Origin: an uncultured Candidatus Saccharibacteria bacterium
GTDB lineage: Bacteria; Patescibacteriota; Minisyncoccia; Phycocordibacterales; DATDWN01
DNA: 64,000 nucleotides
Direction: 5' to 3'
Assembly: GCA_964596875.1 (NCBI GenBank)
Contig: CAZQVT010000001.1
Coordinates: forward strand, 42,514-106,513
The notes beneath the pieces were generated by a model that ran no database searches, was not told the DNA's origin, and saw only the letters and a program-made list of their open reading frames with translations. Shown piece after piece: positions 18,263-28,956 of this stretch. Both the position numbers and the translations under genes were made by a program. Each line of letters opens with the position of its first letter. Within the stretch, counting starts at the first letter, position 1.

Positions 18263-19513
18263 TTACCTCCAGGTAGTTTTGACGCTAAAGATAGCATTCC
18301 AAGCTGCTTTGCCGATCCATAGAGGTGCAATAAACATATATAAAGACAGGTAATAAATCAAGTCTAGGCCAAGGTCAAGTTTGTTCTCTGACATTCTCTT
18401 TGACATTAGTATCATTAGAAATGACCCTATAGCAACAACTAGTCCAACAAGGGCTATTATCTCTGTATTTACGTAAAATAGGTCAAAATTAGGCATTCCT
18501 AGGTGTAGGTTTAGGCCCACAGTTTGGACTCTAACAAACCAGTTTGCTAGGCCATCTATAATAGAGTAAATAGATACGCTAGAAACAAAAAGAACTGAAA
18601 CTATAGAAATACATGCCATCGGAAGTATAAGCATTCCGACATTTCCATATTTTTTATTGAAAATCATGTCTCTAAAATCGTAGGCATTTTTTATAAAACC
18701 ATATGACCAGCGAACTCTCTGTTTCAAAAGTTTTTTAACAGTTTCTGGAGGAACTGTGTATACGATAGCCTCATGCGCATGAGCGATTTTGAAACCATTT
18801 TTTTGCATGCGAAGTGCTATTTGGATATCTTCGGTGTTGTGAGCGTGTTCGTATCCACCCAGTTTTTCAAATACATCTTTTCTAAATATAGAAAATGGTC
18901 CAGGAGTAATGTAGATAGCATCCATGTAGTGGTACATTTTTCTAGTGAAAATACCGAAGCCGTACTCTACTTTCTGAAGCAGTTGCAAAATGTTTCTTGG
19001 TTGCCAAAGTTTGATAGAAGGTGCAACCGCCATAACTTCTCTGTCTTCAAAGTAAAGAGCGATTTTTTTCATGCTGTCCTTGTGTACATAAGAGTCGGCA
19101 TCAAGGCATCCAACAAGGTCTGTAGTTAGTTTTGAAATACCATAGTTTAGTGCGGTGTATTTACCACCGTTTTCTTTTGTGTGAAGTTCTATTTGTTTAT
19201 TATTTCTAAACTTCTGCACCACATTCCATGTACTGTCTGTACTACCGTCGTCCACTACCATGATTTTCAGTTTGTCTTTCGGGTAGTCTAGGTTCAGTAG
19301 AGAGTGAATAGTTTTTGAAACTGTTTTTTCTTCATTCCAGCAAGGTACGATAATAGTAACAGAAGGGTATTTTTTCAGTTTTACATTTGCTTGGGCTTTT
19401 GACTCGGCTTTGATTTCTTTGCGGTTTTCAAAGTAAGTTATGAGCAAAAAGATCTCAAAATTTAGAGAAATGAACAGAAAGAAATATGTTACGTAGTTGT
19501 TTATATCACTCAT
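18263..19513 (-). CDS. processive family-2 glycosyltransferase (cellulose/chitin-synthase-like, membrane)
   Basis: VDDGSTD (DxD region), QRVRW (QxxRW) motif, flanking TM helices; 416 aa. Confidence 0.75.
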   Translation of the reverse strand: MSDINNYVTYFFLFISLNFEIFLLITYFENRKEIKAESKAQANVKLKKYPSVTIIVPCWNEEKTVSKTIHSLLNLDYPKDKLKIMVVDDGSTDSTWNVVQKFRNNKQIELHTKENGGKYTALNYGISKLTTDLVGCLDADSYVHKDSMKKIALYFEDREVMAVAPSIKLWQPRNILQLLQKVEYGFGIFTRKMYHYMDAIYITPGPFSIFRKDVFEKLGGYEHAHNTEDIQIALRMQKNGFKIAHAHEAIVYTVPPETVKKLLKQRVRWSYGFIKNAYDFRDMIFNKKYGNVGMLILPMACISIVSVLFVSSVSIYSIIDGLANWFVRVQTVGLNLHLGMPNFDLFYVNTEIIALVGLVVAIGSFLMILMSKRMSENKLDLGLDLIYYLSLYMFIAPLWIGKAAWNAIFSVKTTWR

Positions 19514-19601
19514 AATAAAACCTAGACTGATTTAGTCATTTGTTGTTGTATAATAGCCTTTTTCTGGATGTTTTTCAACCTTTAGGCTACAATGAACCAA
19601 T

Positions 19602-20342
19602 ATGGAAAAGGAAGGTAAACAAGACCCGCACATCCACCCTTTGACTCTTATTTTGCAGGACGTAAACAGAATCTTTACAGAGATGGGTTTTACTGTAGCC
19701 GATGGTCCTGAAGTTGAAACAGAGTTCTACAACTTTGATACGCTAAACATACCAGAACATCATCCAGCACGAGACATGTGGGACACATTTTGGCTTAAAC
19801 CATTAAATGCGAGAAAATTACTCCGAACACATACATCACCTGTGCAGGTTCGTTTCATGGAGGCTAATAAACCACCCATAAAAATCATTGCTCCAGGTAA
19901 GGTGTTTCGACATGAAGCCACAGATGCTACTCACGAAGCACAGTTTTACCAGTTAGAAGGTCTAGTTGTGGGTGAAAATGTTTCTTTGGCAAACTTGAAA
20001 TGGACACTGGAAGAGTTTTTCGAAAAACTATTTGGTAAAAAAACTGGAGTTCGACTTCGACCAAGTTATTTTCCTTTCGTAGAGCCTGGCGTTGAGATAG
20101 ATATGCAGTGTTTCAAATGCGGTGGCGCAGGTTGTAATGTTTGTAAGGGAACAGGCTACATAGAAATAATGGGGGCGGGTCTAGTGCACCCAAAAGTTCT
20201 GGAAAGTGCTGGTATCGACAGTAAAAAATACTCTGGTTTTGCATTTGGTTGTGGAGTAGACAGGTTGGTGATGCTTAAATACGGAGTAGATGATGTGAGA
20301 CTTTTGTATCAGGGGGATCTTCGCTTAATTAACCAATTCTAA
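19602..20342 (+). CDS. pheS: phenylalanine--tRNA ligase alpha subunit (N-terminally short form)
   Basis: [30 protein letters not shown] class II motifs; 246 aa. Confidence 0.85.
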   Translation: MEKEGKQDPHIHPLTLILQDVNRIFTEMGFTVADGPEVETEFYNFDTLNIPEHHPARDMWDTFWLKPLNARKLLRTHTSPVQVRFMEANKPPIKIIAPGKVFRHEATDATHEAQFYQLEGLVVGENVSLANLKWTLEEFFEKLFGKKTGVRLRPSYFPFVEPGVEIDMQCFKCGGAGCNVCKGTGYIEIMGAGLVHPKVLESAGIDSKKYSGFAFGCGVDRLVMLKYGVDDVRLLYQGDLRLINQF

Positions 20343-20344
20343 TT

Positions 20345-20566
20345 ATGATAAATCCAGGAATATATAAACATTCTAAAAAAGGAAATCAATACAAGGTTCA
20401 CTTTGTTGCAAAACACTCTGAAACTCTTGAGGATTTTGTAGTCTATGAGTCTTTGTATGAAAATGAAACTTCAAAATTTTGGGTAAGACCTCTTTCAATG
20501 TTTGAAGAAATAGTAGAAGTTGAAGGTCAAAAAGTCCCAAGATTTGTTTTAGTAAAAGAAAATTAA
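20345..20566 (+). CDS. DUF1653-like small protein
   Basis: GIYKHSKKGNQYKV...WVRP pattern resembles DUF1653; wedged between pheS and pheT. Confidence 0.4.
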   Translation: MINPGIYKHSKKGNQYKVHFVAKHSETLEDFVVYESLYENETSKFWVRPLSMFEEIVEVEGQKVPRFVLVKEN

Positions 20567-20567
20567 T

Positions 20568-22508
20568 ATGAAAATCTCATATAACTGGTTACAAGAATAT
20601 ATAGAAGATAGGTTGCCTGCAGTGGAAACTGTGGTAGATGCTTTGACTATGCATTCTTTTGAAATAGAGGGAGTTGAGGATTTTGGTGATGACAAAATCC
20701 TAGATGTAAAAATTTTACCGAACCGTGCACATGACTGTCTTTCTCACTACGGTATCGCTTCAGAAGTCGCAAGTGTATTAAATTTAAAAAGAAAAGACTT
20801 GTTACCTTCTGTTGTTTTGGCAAATACAGACAAAATAAACTTAAGTATTAATACTAAAAATTGCAGTAGGCAAATATTTGTTCTAGTTACAGGAGTAAAT
20901 GTAAAAGAAAGTCCACAATGGCTAAAAGATAAACTGGCTACGCAGGGGTCACGTTCTATAAACGCGATAGTAGATATGACAAACTATTTAACCTTTGCTT
21001 TTGGACAACCAATGCACGCATTCGATGCTGCAAAAGTTTCTGTAGATAGAAAGGGAAGATATGAGTTCAATATAAGAGATGCTGGAAAGGGTGAGAAAAT
21101 CACATTGCTAGATGGCAAAGAATACACCCTAGATGTTTCAAACTCAGTTATTGCTGATGGCTCTAGACCACTGGACGTCGCTGGTGTTATGGGAGGACAG
21201 GATAGTGGGGTAAGTAGTACAACCAAAGATATTATTCTTTCATTTTCTTCTTTTGACCCAGTAAGTGTTCGAAAGACTGCAAAAAGTTTGGGTGTGAGAA
21301 CAGATGCGTCATATAGGTTTGAAAATGAAATTTCTCAGAGTTTGATAGATAGAGTTTTGCCGTATGCTTTGAAAAATATTGTGGAACTTTCAGGTGGAAT
21401 TGTTGTGGGACAAGTTGAACTAAACAAAAATCCAGAAAAACAAAAAGAAGTTTCTGTTTCACTAGATAAGGTTTCTAAAATGCTGGGAGTTTCTGTGGCA
21501 GGCGACGAAGCTTTGAAACTTTTGGCAAGACAAAACATACAAGCGACTGTAGAGAGTGACAAAATAAAAGTAGTGGCTCCAAAAGAAAGACTAGATATAA
21601 AAATAGAGGAAGATGTTGTAGAAGAAATAGGAAGACTATTTGGTTATGAAAATGTGTCACCAAAAAAACTAGAAGTAGAGGCCAAGGTTTCTGTAAACCA
21701 GGAGATTTATATTGCCGACAAAACTAGACAGATTTTAAACAGTTTGGGTTTTGTAGAAATATATACATACGCAATGACACAAAGTGGAGAAGTAGAAATA
21801 GAAAACCCGCTTTCAGGAGATAAAAAGTTTTTGCGAAGCCACTTAAGTGGCGCTATGGAGGAATCTTTAGAGAGAAACTCAAAATATTTAGACTTGCTAG
21901 GTGAAAATGAAGTAAAACTTTTTGAAATCGGAAAAGTTTTCAAAACAAAAGGCGAAGAGTCTCACTTGTGTTTGGGTGTAAAGTTTCCAAAAAACTACAA
22001 CCGCGCGAAGCCGAGCAGCGGTCGTATGACCGAAAAGATAAATGTAGACGAAGAGATAGCGAAAACTATTCAAGGACTAGAAGAAGGTCTTGGGGTTTCT
22101 GTCGGGGATGTGTCTGTAGTTGGCGGTGTCGCAGAGTTTCAGATAAGCAGAATAGTAAAAGAACTAGATAGGGTAGAGGAATACCCACAGGACTTGTGGA
22201 GTAAAAAAGAAAAAGATTTTACATTCAAACCTATTTCAGTTTTTCCTTTTGCTGTGCGAGATGTGGCGGTGTTTGTTCCGAACGAAATAGGTGTAGAGCA
22301 GGTAGAAAACTTGATAAAACAACATTTGAACCAAAATGTAGTTCGTTTCAGTATGTTTGATAAGTTTACTAAGGGCGATAAAACTTCTCATGGTTTTAGA
22401 CTTGTGTTTCAGTCAAACGAAAAAACTTTAACTGATGAAGATATAAATGCTGTGATGAATCCAATCTATGACGCATTAAAATCACAGACCGGATTCGAAA
22501 TTAGATAA
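20568..22508 (+). CDS. pheT: phenylalanine--tRNA ligase beta subunit
   Basis: MKISYNWLQEYI start, B3/4 and B5 and C-terminal FDX-ACB-like regions; 646 aa. Confidence 0.85.
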   Translation: MKISYNWLQEYIEDRLPAVETVVDALTMHSFEIEGVEDFGDDKILDVKILPNRAHDCLSHYGIASEVASVLNLKRKDLLPSVVLANTDKINLSINTKNCSRQIFVLVTGVNVKESPQWLKDKLATQGSRSINAIVDMTNYLTFAFGQPMHAFDAAKVSVDRKGRYEFNIRDAGKGEKITLLDGKEYTLDVSNSVIADGSRPLDVAGVMGGQDSGVSSTTKDIILSFSSFDPVSVRKTAKSLGVRTDASYRFENEISQSLIDRVLPYALKNIVELSGGIVVGQVELNKNPEKQKEVSVSLDKVSKMLGVSVAGDEALKLLARQNIQATVESDKIKVVAPKERLDIKIEEDVVEEIGRLFGYENVSPKKLEVEAKVSVNQEIYIADKTRQILNSLGFVEIYTYAMTQSGEVEIENPLSGDKKFLRSHLSGAMEESLERNSKYLDLLGENEVKLFEIGKVFKTKGEESHLCLGVKFPKNYNRAKPSSGRMTEKINVDEEIAKTIQGLEEGLGVSVGDVSVVGGVAEFQISRIVKELDRVEEYPQDLWSKKEKDFTFKPISVFPFAVRDVAVFVPNEIGVEQVENLIKQHLNQNVVRFSMFDKFTKGDKTSHGFRLVFQSNEKTLTDEDINAVMNPIYDALKSQTGFEIR

Positions 22509-22526
22509 GGGCTTTTTCACTAAAAA

Positions 22527-22641
22527 TTTTTTCAGACCGCTCGTTCCGCCTGCGCTTCACTCACTTTGTCCTCAACCCAAATCCGTCAAGAACGGGGTGC
22601 CTTGACGGAACCAAGCTTTGGGTTTGCGGAGTCATCAAAAA
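22527..22641. repeat. 115-nt intergenic repeat, copy B (family R1)
   Basis: TTTTTCAGACCgctc...ATCCGTCAAGAACGGGGTGCCTTGACGGAACCAAGCTTTGGGTTTGCGGAGTC; aligns along full length with 6732..6846. Confidence 0.7.
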
Positions 22642-22742
22642 GTTTTAGTTCAACGCAACACAAATACAATAATTTTTTTACATACAAAAACCCCTGACCT
22701 GGCCCCACATATTGCGTGGGGCTCCTGGCCGGGGCGCGCGAG

Positions 22743-23012
22743 TTAGTTACTCGCATGGTATGAGGTGTAGAGTGGTGGGTTTCTGCAGATCTCGAACCTC
22801 ATCTCGAGATCCTGGTACTTCTTGTTCAGGTTGTTATACTTTCCTCCGATGTCTTCAAGGATGCCTCGTTGCTGGTCCAGCACCACACTAAGTGCTTCTG
22901 AGCTTTGCTTGAGCTCCTTGATCTCTTCGAGGTTGGGGTACGACCACGCAGTGACACTTACTCCCACTGCGATTCCGAGACTGAACACGAGGCCTACTGC
23001 GAGGTATCTCAT
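22743..23012 (-). CDS. small secreted/membrane-anchored coiled-coil protein, GC-enriched island gene (89 aa)
   Basis: GGAGaaagtgtccATG RBS; signal-like MRYLAVGLVFSLGIAVGV; own TTGACA promoter at ~23045-23075 (minus) and hairpin terminator 22700-22725; ORF track extends to 23060 but internal start has the RBS. Confidence 0.45.
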   Translation of the reverse strand: MRYLAVGLVFSLGIAVGVSVTAWSYPNLEEIKELKQSSEALSVVLDQQRGILEDIGGKYNNLNKKYQDLEMRFEICRNPPLYTSYHASN

Positions 23013-23144
23013 GGACACTTTCTCCATGCAATACTGTAATGTATTTTGTGTAATTGTCAATATGGTATTGTACTAAATTTGCTTGTTTGTACCCTTAAAA
23101 TTTGCTATAATTTGCAAGTAAAATTAACTAAAAATACTTTAAAT

Positions 23145-25241
23145 ATGGCCAAGGAAACAGGGAAGAAAAAAGATAGTTACGGAGCGGATGCGATACAGAT
23201 TCTAGAGGGTCTTGAGCCTGTTAGAAAGCGTCCTGGAATGTACATTGGTACAACTGGTCTAGATGGTTTACATCACCTTATTTGGGAAATTTTTGACAAC
23301 TCTCGTGACGAAGCCATGGGAGGTTTTGCAAATGATATCGAAGTTACTCTTCTCCCAGGAAACAGAATCCGAGTTACCGACAACGGACGAGGTATTCCTG
23401 TAGATATTCACAAACAAACAAAAGTTTCAGCACTTGAAACTATCATGACAACACTTCACGCTGGAGGAAAGTTCGGAGGTGAAGACGGAGGTTACAAAGT
23501 TTCTGGAGGACTCCACGGTGTGGGTGCATCTGTAGTAAACGCACTTTCTATTTACTGTAAAGTAACAGTTCACAAAACTGGTGATGGTATATACATGCAA
23601 GAGTATTCACAAGGAAAGAAAAAAGCTTCTGTAAAAAAAGTTGGTTTAACAAAGAAAAATGGAACTATTGTAGTGTTTGAACCAGATCCTGCTATTTTCC
23701 CAATCATAGATTTTTCATTCAAAAGAGTTGTAGACCATTTGCGACAACAAGCATACCTTGTAAAAGGTCTACGCATTACTGTAAACGATGCTTCTGAATA
23801 TGAGGGTAAAATAAAAGAAGATGAAGTTTTCAAAATCTCTGAACTTGGACTAGAAATACCTTCAATGTCTTTCTATTTCGAAGGAGGACTTTTGTCTTTG
23901 GTTAAGTTTATAAACCACGACCAGAAACCTATTCACAAAAATGTTTTCTATGTAGAGAAGAAAACAAACGAATACGAGTCAGTAGAGGTGTCACTACAGT
24001 ATGTAGACGACATCGCTTGTAGACTTTCTGCTTTTGCAAACAACATATACAACCCAGAAGGTGGAACACACGTGACTGGTTTCAAAACTGCGCTTACTCG
24101 TATCCTAAACTCATACGGAAGAAAAAATAACCTAATAAAAGAATCAGAGGATAACTTTACTGGTGACGACGTGCTAGAAGGTCTAACAGCAGTTATCTCT
24201 GTAAAACTTCGAGAAGTTCAGTTCGAAGGTCAGACAAAGGCAAAACTTGGAACAGTAGAAGCACAGTCTTCTGTAAACACTATTTTCTCTGAAGCATTTG
24301 GTACTTTCCTAGAAGAAAACCCAGATGATGCAAAAGCAATCATAAACAAAGTTGTTTTGGCACTAAAGGCACGAAAAGCTGCAAAGGCTGCAAAAGATTC
24401 TGTACTTAGAAAAGGTGCTCTAGAAGGTATGACACTTCCAGGAAAACTTGCAGACTGTCAGTCAAAGTCTGCAGAAGATTCTGAACTGTTCATTGTGGAG
24501 GGAGACTCTGCGGGAGGTACGGCAAAAACTGGTCGTGACAGACGAACACAGGCGATACTTCCTTTGCGAGGTAAAATCCTAAACATTGAAAGAGCAAGAC
24601 TAGACCGACTACTAGAGTCAGAACAAATCAAAAACCTTGTTATTGCGCTAGGAACTGCTATTGGAGATACGTTTGATATTTCTAAACTGCGATACCACAA
24701 AGTTATTATTGCAACCGATGCCGACGTGGACGGTGCTCACATCCGAACTCTTATTTTAACTTTGTTATACAGATATTTCCGACCACTTATTGACGGAGGA
24801 TTTATCTACATCGCTCAACCACCTCTATACAAAATAAAGAAAGGTAAAGAAGTTTTCTATGCATATTCTGACGAAGACAAAGACAAGATTGTTGGCAAAG
24901 CAGATATTTCTGAAATCTCAGAAGTAGAAAGTATGTCAGATGATGAAGAAGAGGAGGATGAGGATTCCGCCGGAGGCAATAAGGCCGGTGAGGCGAAAGC
25001 TTCGAATGCAAAGCCGAAGACAGCGAAAATAAATATTCAAAGATACAAAGGTCTTGGAGAAATGAACTCAGAGGAGTTGTGGGAAACAACCATGGATCCT
25101 GCAAGAAGAATCCTAAAACAAGTTACTGTAGACAGTAGTGTTTCTGCAGACAAAGTATTTGATGTCCTTATGGGTACGGATGTTCCAGCGAGAAAATCAT
25201 TTATTCAGTCTAACGCTACAAAAGCAAACCTGGATATATAA
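23145..25241 (+). CDS. gyrB: DNA gyrase subunit B
   Basis: SYGADAIQILEGLEPVRKRPGMYIG, GHKL ATPase, TOPRIM EGDSAGG, C-terminal acidic insertion; promoter TTGTTT-17-tgcTATAAT upstream. Confidence 0.9.
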   Translation: MAKETGKKKDSYGADAIQILEGLEPVRKRPGMYIGTTGLDGLHHLIWEIFDNSRDEAMGGFANDIEVTLLPGNRIRVTDNGRGIPVDIHKQTKVSALETIMTTLHAGGKFGGEDGGYKVSGGLHGVGASVVNALSIYCKVTVHKTGDGIYMQEYSQGKKKASVKKVGLTKKNGTIVVFEPDPAIFPIIDFSFKRVVDHLRQQAYLVKGLRITVNDASEYEGKIKEDEVFKISELGLEIPSMSFYFEGGLLSLVKFINHDQKPIHKNVFYVEKKTNEYESVEVSLQYVDDIACRLSAFANNIYNPEGGTHVTGFKTALTRILNSYGRKNNLIKESEDNFTGDDVLEGLTAVISVKLREVQFEGQTKAKLGTVEAQSSVNTIFSEAFGTFLEENPDDAKAIINKVVLALKARKAAKAAKDSVLRKGALEGMTLPGKLADCQSKSAEDSELFIVEGDSAGGTAKTGRDRRTQAILPLRGKILNIERARLDRLLESEQIKNLVIALGTAIGDTFDISKLRYHKVIIATDADVDGAHIRTLILTLLYRYFRPLIDGGFIYIAQPPLYKIKKGKEVFYAYSDEDKDKIVGKADISEISEVESMSDDEEEEDEDSAGGNKAGEAKASNAKPKTAKINIQRYKGLGEMNSEELWETTMDPARRILKQVTVDSSVSADKVFDVLMGTDVPARKSFIQSNATKANLDI

Positions 25242-25285
25242 CTTCCAAATTTAGCGAACTCCTCGTTCTCGAGTTTCAAAATGTT

Positions 25286-25320
25286 CGTCACCTTACTACC
25301 TGTAAGGCTTCTCACATTTT
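25286..25320 (+). repeat. R4 hairpin module TCGTCACCTTACtaccTGTAAGGCTTCTCACATTTT downstream of gyrB
   Basis: shares GCGAACTCCT upstream and TCGGATTTCATCTAAAT downstream boxes with copy at 42730-42830. Confidence 0.5.
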
Positions 25321-25372
25321 AAAACTCTCAACATCGGATTTCATCTAAATTTGAAAGTTGTTAAAAAATAAA

Positions 25373-25924
25373 ATGGAAAATAAAAAACTAACTACCTTTG
25401 CGCAGGACTATGCCAGAAAAGCACATGTGCATATTTCCAAAACCACAGTTTCTGGAATTAACATTCCACAAATTGTTCATATACAGGAAGTCGCAGATTT
25501 GGTTTGGGCATCTGGTGGTACAGATGATGAAATCGTTGCTGCATGGTTACATGACATAGTAGAAGATACCGATATAACTTTACAAGATATTGAGGAAGTT
25601 TTTGGTAAGGATATTGCGGAAATTGTAGAGGGACTAACTGATCCTTTAGATTTTAAAGGTTTGCCAATTGAGGAAAGAAAACAAAAACAAGTAGAAAGAC
25701 TTTTGAATAAAAGCAATAGTGTTAAAAGGATAAAAATGGCTGACCAGACTTCAAATGTAAAGTATTTAGCAGTTGACCCATCTGTTTCTTGGGCAGAAGA
25801 TAGGGCGCTGGGATATATTGAAGGAGCAAAAAAGATTATTAACGCATGTAGTGGAGTTAGTGAATTACTTGATAGTTTATTTGAGGATGTTTATAGAAAA
25901 GCGATTAAAAGATACAATGTATAA
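25373..25924 (+). CDS. HD-domain phosphohydrolase (RelA/SpoT-type HD, small alarmone hydrolase-like)
   Basis: AAWLHDIVEDT HD signature; 184 aa; ORF track start 25358 is TTG. Confidence 0.55.
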   Translation: MENKKLTTFAQDYARKAHVHISKTTVSGINIPQIVHIQEVADLVWASGGTDDEIVAAWLHDIVEDTDITLQDIEEVFGKDIAEIVEGLTDPLDFKGLPIEERKQKQVERLLNKSNSVKRIKMADQTSNVKYLAVDPSVSWAEDRALGYIEGAKKIINACSGVSELLDSLFEDVYRKAIKRYNV

Positions 25925-26408
25925 AAAAATTTTAATTATTGGGGCTTCTGGAAGAGGTAAAACTACTTTTGCTAAAAAGTTGTCCGAAAAATTATCGATC
26001 TCTTATTATGAAACTGATGATTTTTTCTGGAAAATAAAATATTCAGAGCCAAACGATAAGGAGCAAAGTATTAGAGATATCGGTAAAATATATGACTTAG
26101 ATACGTGGATTGTTGAAGGTTCTACAAGGCATTTAATGAAAGGTGGATTGGATAAGGCTGAAATTATTTTTTATTTCAAATTCAGTAATTTTTTAATTCA
26201 ATACTTCCACATTATCAAAAGGGCATATAAAAGAGGGGACAACATTTGGCATTTATTTGAACTTTTACGTCACTTAACTAAAAAGAAGTACAGTATAAAA
26301 TATAATGGTGATAAGGAGACAACTGAGGAACTAGTTATGCCGTACAAACATAAAGTAGTTTACTTCCATAGCTTTAAAGAAATAAATAATTATTTAGATT
26401 GTATATAA
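25917..26408 (+). CDS. P-loop NTPase (adenylate-kinase-like / topology-modulation-protein family)
   Basis: MYKKILIIGASGRGKTTFAKKL Walker A; 163 aa; 8-nt overlap with upstream gene. Confidence 0.55.
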   Translation: MYKKILIIGASGRGKTTFAKKLSEKLSISYYETDDFFWKIKYSEPNDKEQSIRDIGKIYDLDTWIVEGSTRHLMKGGLDKAEIIFYFKFSNFLIQYFHIIKRAYKRGDNIWHLFELLRHLTKKKYSIKYNGDKETTEELVMPYKHKVVYFHSFKEINNYLDCI

Positions 26409-26412
26409 CAGT

Positions 26413-27348
26413 ATGGCAAAATATTTAGTTACAGGTGGGGCGGGGTTTATCGGTTCAAATATTGTGAAAAGACTTGTAGAAGAGGGTCAGACTGTTCGTG
26501 TACTAGATAACCTTTCTACTGGAAGAAAAAACAATATAGAAGATTTTTTAAATAAAATAGAGTTTATAGAAGGGGATTTTACTGACATAGATATCGCAAA
26601 AAAAGCAGTAGATGGTGTCGACTATGTTATTCATACTGGAGCAATACCATCTGTGCCACGTTCAGTGGATGACCCTCTTAAAACAAACGACGCAAACATT
26701 ACTGGTACATTAAACATGCTTATTGCTTCTCGTGATGCAAAAGTAAAAAGGTTTGTGTATTCTGCATCTTCTTCGGCATACGGTGACTCAAAAGTAATGC
26801 CAAAAGAAGAGTCTATGCCGACTGCGCCAAAGTCTCCATATGCCATACAGAAACTTGTGGGGGAAATGTACTGTCAGAATTTTTATAAAATATATGGACT
26901 AGAAACTGTCTGCTTGCGATACTTTAATGTGTTTGGTCCAAACCAAGATCCAAACTCTACATACTCTGCAGTGATACCTTTGTTTGTAAAGAAAATACTA
27001 AATGATGAGTCTCCTGTTATAAATGGCGACGGAAAAACTTCTAGAGACTTCACTTTTGTAGAAAACAATGTAGATGCAAACCTAAAGGCTTGTGTTGCCC
27101 CCAAAGAATGCGCTGGTGAAGTTATAAATATTGCCTGTGGTTACGAGATATCACTGCTAGACCTCTTAGAAAAAATAAATGCAGAGCTTGGTAAAAATGT
27201 TACCCCAATTTTTAAAGATGAAAGAGTGGGGGATGTAAAACACTCTTTGGCAGATATAACAAAAGCGGAAAAACTACTTGGTTACAAACCACTGGTAAAC
27301 TTTGATGAAGGCCTAAAAAGAACAATAGAGTTTTATAAAAATAACTAA
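26413..27348 (+). CDS. NAD-dependent nucleotide-sugar epimerase/dehydratase (UDP-hexose 4-epimerase-like)
   Basis: LVTGGAGFIGSN, YSASSSAYGD, YAIQK (YxxxK); 311 aa. Confidence 0.75.
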   Translation: MAKYLVTGGAGFIGSNIVKRLVEEGQTVRVLDNLSTGRKNNIEDFLNKIEFIEGDFTDIDIAKKAVDGVDYVIHTGAIPSVPRSVDDPLKTNDANITGTLNMLIASRDAKVKRFVYSASSSAYGDSKVMPKEESMPTAPKSPYAIQKLVGEMYCQNFYKIYGLETVCLRYFNVFGPNQDPNSTYSAVIPLFVKKILNDESPVINGDGKTSRDFTFVENNVDANLKACVAPKECAGEVINIACGYEISLLDLLEKINAELGKNVTPIFKDERVGDVKHSLADITKAEKLLGYKPLVNFDEGLKRTIEFYKNN

Positions 27349-27351
27349 ACT

Positions 27352-27378
27352 AAAACCGCCAGATGGCGGTTTTAGTTT
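27352..27378. terminator. bidirectional terminator AAAACCGCCAGATGGCGGTTTTAG between convergent genes
   Basis: perfect GC stem CCGCCA/TGGCGG with A-run and T-run. Confidence 0.7.
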
Positions 27379-27631
27379 AGTCTTGTTTTGGTTTTTCTTC
27401 TGTTTTCTCTTCGTGCTTTTCTGTGTGATTCATGTGGACCGAAGGGTTTTTTGTCGGCACGATTATTGCTGCAATAATGTATCCAATAATAGCAGGGAAT
27501 ACTCCCGTCATTATTGTAAATACTACATACCCTAGTCTAAGTATTGTCGGGTCAACATTGTAGTATTCTCCTAGTCCACCCAAAACACCGGATAGAACGA
27601 AATTTGTGTTTGATTTGTATAGTGTTTTCAC
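27377..27631 (-). CDS. PspC-domain membrane protein
   Basis: LYKSNTNFVLSGVLGGLGEYYNVDPTILRL matches PspC domain; TM helix; 84 aa. Confidence 0.6.
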   Translation of the reverse strand: MKTLYKSNTNFVLSGVLGGLGEYYNVDPTILRLGYVVFTIMTGVFPAIIGYIIAAIIVPTKNPSVHMNHTEKHEEKTEEKPKQD

Positions 27632-27632
27632 G

Positions 27633-28883
27633 TTATTTTTTTAATTTAATCTCTTCTTGTAATTTAAATACAAGTTCTTCTGGTGTTAGTTCAAACTTTT
27701 CTCCAGATCTAGACTCTAGAGTTACAACTCCTTTTTCTATCTCCTTATCTCCTATTACAATCCAGTAAGGCAATTTATTTGTTTTTGCCTCGCGAACCTT
27801 TGTTCCTAGGTTCTGGTCAGCGTTGTCTAGGTCTGTGCGAAGTCCAGCATTTACCAAAGCCTTGTTTATTTCCTCAGCTTTTTCGTTATGGTTTTCACGA
27901 ACGGGGATAACTTTTACTTGAACTGGTGAAAGCCAAAGAGGCAAGTTTCCTTCAAAGTGTTCAAGTAAAACTGCAGTACATCTTTCTAGTGAGCCTGTTA
28001 TCGCAGAGTGGATCATAACGATTCTTTCTTTTTCACCTTTTTCATTTACGCAAGAAAGGTCAAATCTTTCTGGAAGGTTCATGTCTAGTTGTATTGTTGC
28101 AACTTGCCACTCTCTACCTGCAGAGTTTTTTGCCATGAAGTCTAGTTTTGGTCCGTATAGTGCGGCTTCACCCGGTCCTTCAAAATAGTCTGCTCCACGT
28201 TCCTCTGCGATACTTCTAAGTTCTCCTTCGGCCATATCCCAGATTTCTTTTGTGCCCAAATATTTCTGAGGTTCGCTCATATCTCGGAAAGAAAGTCTTA
28301 CGCGAAGTGTAAACCCGAATGCTTTGTAGAATGTATCAACAATATCCCAGATTTTTAGAAACTCATCTTTGATCTGGTTTGTTCTACAGAAAACGTGCGA
28401 GTCATCTTGTGTAATAGAAAGTACACGAGTAAGTCCGCCTAGTTCACCAGACTGTTCGTCTCTGTAAACCATTGTTGTCTCTGCATATCTTTGTGGCATT
28501 TCTCGGTAAGAGTGAGGTTTTCGAGCAAAAATCTGAGTGTGGTGCGGACAGTTCATTGGCTTCATTGCGTATTCTTTTCCTTCTCGAGAAGTTATTCGGA
28601 AAAGTTCTTCAGAAAATTTATCCCAGTGTCCTGAAGTCTGGTAAAGTTCTTTTTTTGTTATGTGGGGGATAGTTACTCGGCTGTAATTGTGTTTTGAACG
28701 AAGTGACCAAACAAATTTATCTAGCTCTTCACGAATAATACTTCCTTTTGGGGTCCATAAAGGTAGTCCAGGACCAACTAGTTCTGAAAATGTAAATAAG
28801 TCTAGTTCTCTTCCTATGACTCGGTGGTCATTTTTGTCCAAACCAACTTCGTTATTTTTTTCTTCTTTCATATTTATTAGCAT
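27633..28883 (-). CDS. thrS: threonine--tRNA ligase, catalytic + anticodon-binding domains only (no N-terminal editing domain)
   Basis: MNCPHH zinc site, class II motifs, C-terminal anticodon-binding fold; 416 aa. Confidence 0.8.
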   Translation of the reverse strand: MLINMKEEKNNEVGLDKNDHRVIGRELDLFTFSELVGPGLPLWTPKGSIIREELDKFVWSLRSKHNYSRVTIPHITKKELYQTSGHWDKFSEELFRITSREGKEYAMKPMNCPHHTQIFARKPHSYREMPQRYAETTMVYRDEQSGELGGLTRVLSITQDDSHVFCRTNQIKDEFLKIWDIVDTFYKAFGFTLRVRLSFRDMSEPQKYLGTKEIWDMAEGELRSIAEERGADYFEGPGEAALYGPKLDFMAKNSAGREWQVATIQLDMNLPERFDLSCVNEKGEKERIVMIHSAITGSLERCTAVLLEHFEGNLPLWLSPVQVKVIPVRENHNEKAEEINKALVNAGLRTDLDNADQNLGTKVREAKTNKLPYWIVIGDKEIEKGVVTLESRSGEKFELTPEELVFKLQEEIKLKK

Positions 28884-28956
28884 AGCACAACACTAGGCTT
28901 TTCTGCGATACATTGACATAATCCATAAATGGTTTATTGTGTTTTAGGGGGGGCGC

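Noticed and set aside
22743-23060. Full 105-aa ORF-track version of the island gene at 22743..23060
   Set aside because: The first 16 codons lack an RBS and overlap the predicted promoter. Internal ATG 23012 is preceded by GGAG and begins a signal-peptide-like sequence.
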